Position numbers and translations under genes: made by a program. From Phoronis australis (lineage: Eukaryota; Animalia; Phoronida): 61,752 nt of DNA. The stretch spans positions 16,867 to 78,618 of the forward strand of contig NMRA01000984.1 in assembly GCA_002633005.1 (NCBI GenBank). The letters run 5' to 3'. The first letter of the stretch is position 1. The number at the start of each line of letters is the position of its first letter. Below are positions 60,206 to 61,752 of the stretch, piece after piece. The notes under the pieces were generated by a model. It searched no databases. It saw only the letters and a list, made by a program, of their open reading frames with translations, and had not been told where the DNA came from.

Positions 60206-61752
60206 TGTCACGACATTTGATATCTATCCTAAAACCATTTGCTCGGCTCTATGAAAAACCGAACTCTTTGTTGCTTGAAATGCTACTTTGAAGTGAGTTC
60301 TACAGATCTTATATCTACTGGCGGTGCTGTTTTGAATCACTTGTACACCAGAATCCTTTGTATAAGTTGTCTCGTGCAATCCATAAAGGGGTTTATTGAC
60401 AACGGTCAAAGATTTTGATTTTCTTTTGTCACCGTCACAAAGAGTGGGTCACGAACTAAGTCATGTTAACACTTCCTGTTTTGTATGGTTATTCTGTGGT
60501 GGAAATGGAGCTCCGGATGTTATTTTTAGCTGGATAAACTGTTTAATTATTCATTCATCTTAATTATTTATTTATCTTAGTTTGACCTGCCAAAGCAGTG
60601 TTCAATATTACTTCAACTGTCATCTCTTGAACAGGCGTGAAATCAAGCTTTTCTAAATCAAAGTTTTTAATCATTGCTCAGGTTACAAGTTTCGACGTGG
60701 TGAAGTCGTGGCTACCTTTTGTGAAAGAAATCAGGCCAGCCATTCAAATACTTGTTTGCGACACATGTACGGAAAACAGCGGTGGGTAACTTTTTGTTCT
60801 TTACAAAAACCTTGGCTGTTTTGCAGCAATTACTTGTCAAATATATATTCTTTGAAGTCTTAAAGCTACTGTTTACATGCCTAGTAGATGTCTGTTTTGA
60901 TGTCACAAAATGTTAAAATTTCATGTATTTAATACATTAACTGCATTAATTATATTAGGAATTAATTGACTCTTTGGTATAATTTTCGACTTCCAAATGA
61001 TTTTCTTGATTTACCACTGACTGTAGAAGACAACAGTGGTTAATCGGTGGGTAGTGGTTATCTGAAGAAATATGTAGACTGTGATGTACTCATAATTACC
61101 TATAGTGGGTAAACCTTTATCTGTCGATTCTGAAGTGGGATGGTGAGACCAAAGTTCAGTCCGAAGTTGGGACGGTGAAAGAATAAGTGAACATTTGCAA
61201 CTAAATAAGAATAACAATAAGCGTAAAGTTACGAACGTCCCGTCACATTCTCCCACCTAACAAAAAATGTCGTCCCGACATCATTAACATACAATATGAA
61301 AACAAAGCGCAGTGAAATGGAAATCCTTCAGTTTCCTCGTACTGGCTACAAACATCACAACGCACATTCCACTTTCAGCACGGCAACGCCTGGCGCGCTC
61401 GCAACAGCAGCAAAACTCAAAATACTAGAGACCTACCAAGTCCCTACCATCCAAGATCTCCGACCTATTTACAGTTTTAATCGGTCCGGCACCATCTGCC
61501 GCCCGCACAGAATACACATTATGATAAGGAACTGAACCAAATGCATTCTGAATTTTATTCCTCCCTATGATACTGTGGTCTCTCAGAAATACCGTTGCAC
61601 CAACCGGAAGTGATTGGGCGAACACACGGGTATCATTTCTAGCTTTATTTCTATAATACCGAGCACTCTGCCAAGTGTCTTTCATTTTATCTGCTCTTAA
61701 CTTTACATACTCATCTGTGCAACCATCTGCCAGATTTGCTGCATCAAACCGC
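60206..61752 (-). mobile_element. 3' end of a Ty3/Gypsy LTR retrotransposon (post-integrase GPY/F region, PPT, 3' LTR), antisense within AAGAB intron 2
   Basis: ORF 61685-61425 (LPVGATVFLRDHSIIGRNKIQNAFGSVPY..VYSVRAADGAGPIKTVNRSEI) resembles the Gypsy integrase C-terminal GPY/F module. A polypurine tract AGGTGGGAGAA (61258-61248) directly precedes TGTGACG at 61247. The candidate LTR end is CGTGACA at 60212-60206, with AATAAA at 60397-60392. The LTR end is tentative. Confidence 0.75.

Overview
AT-rich, intron-containing genomic DNA from an animal, most likely an invertebrate bilaterian. It is not prokaryotic. Five spliced genes were reconstructed by hand, with splice phases checked at every junction. 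(1) An RGS9BP/R9AP-like membrane anchor of R7 RGS proteins (+, 1208-8375; first exon not found). (2) A CIB2/3-like EF-hand protein (-, 13562-24723; one GC-AG intron). (3) TRMT1 (+, 27141-32278), head-to-head with CIB. (4) IQCH (-, 33379-57835; 22 core exons), tail-to-tail with TRMT1. (5) The first two exons of AAGAB (+, 58166-59512), head-to-head with IQCH, as in human. Introns carry many non-autonomous DNA transposons (MULE-like, Tc2/pogo-like, a 5-bp-TSD family, foldback MITEs), tRNA-derived SINEs, minisatellites and the 3' end of a Gypsy LTR element. No CRISPR array, true tRNA/rRNA gene or new multi-gene system is supported. The most notable observations are: repeated tandem duplications spanning splice sites; an intron-containing R9AP/R7BP-hybrid gene; a novel 136-codon candidate exon and a 21-nt microexon in IQCH; conserved IQCH-AAGAB microsynteny; and CTCF-like motifs carried by SINEs. 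Gene identities come from recalled family motifs, not database searches. Three single N bases (4263, 31777, 52346) suggest assembly joins.
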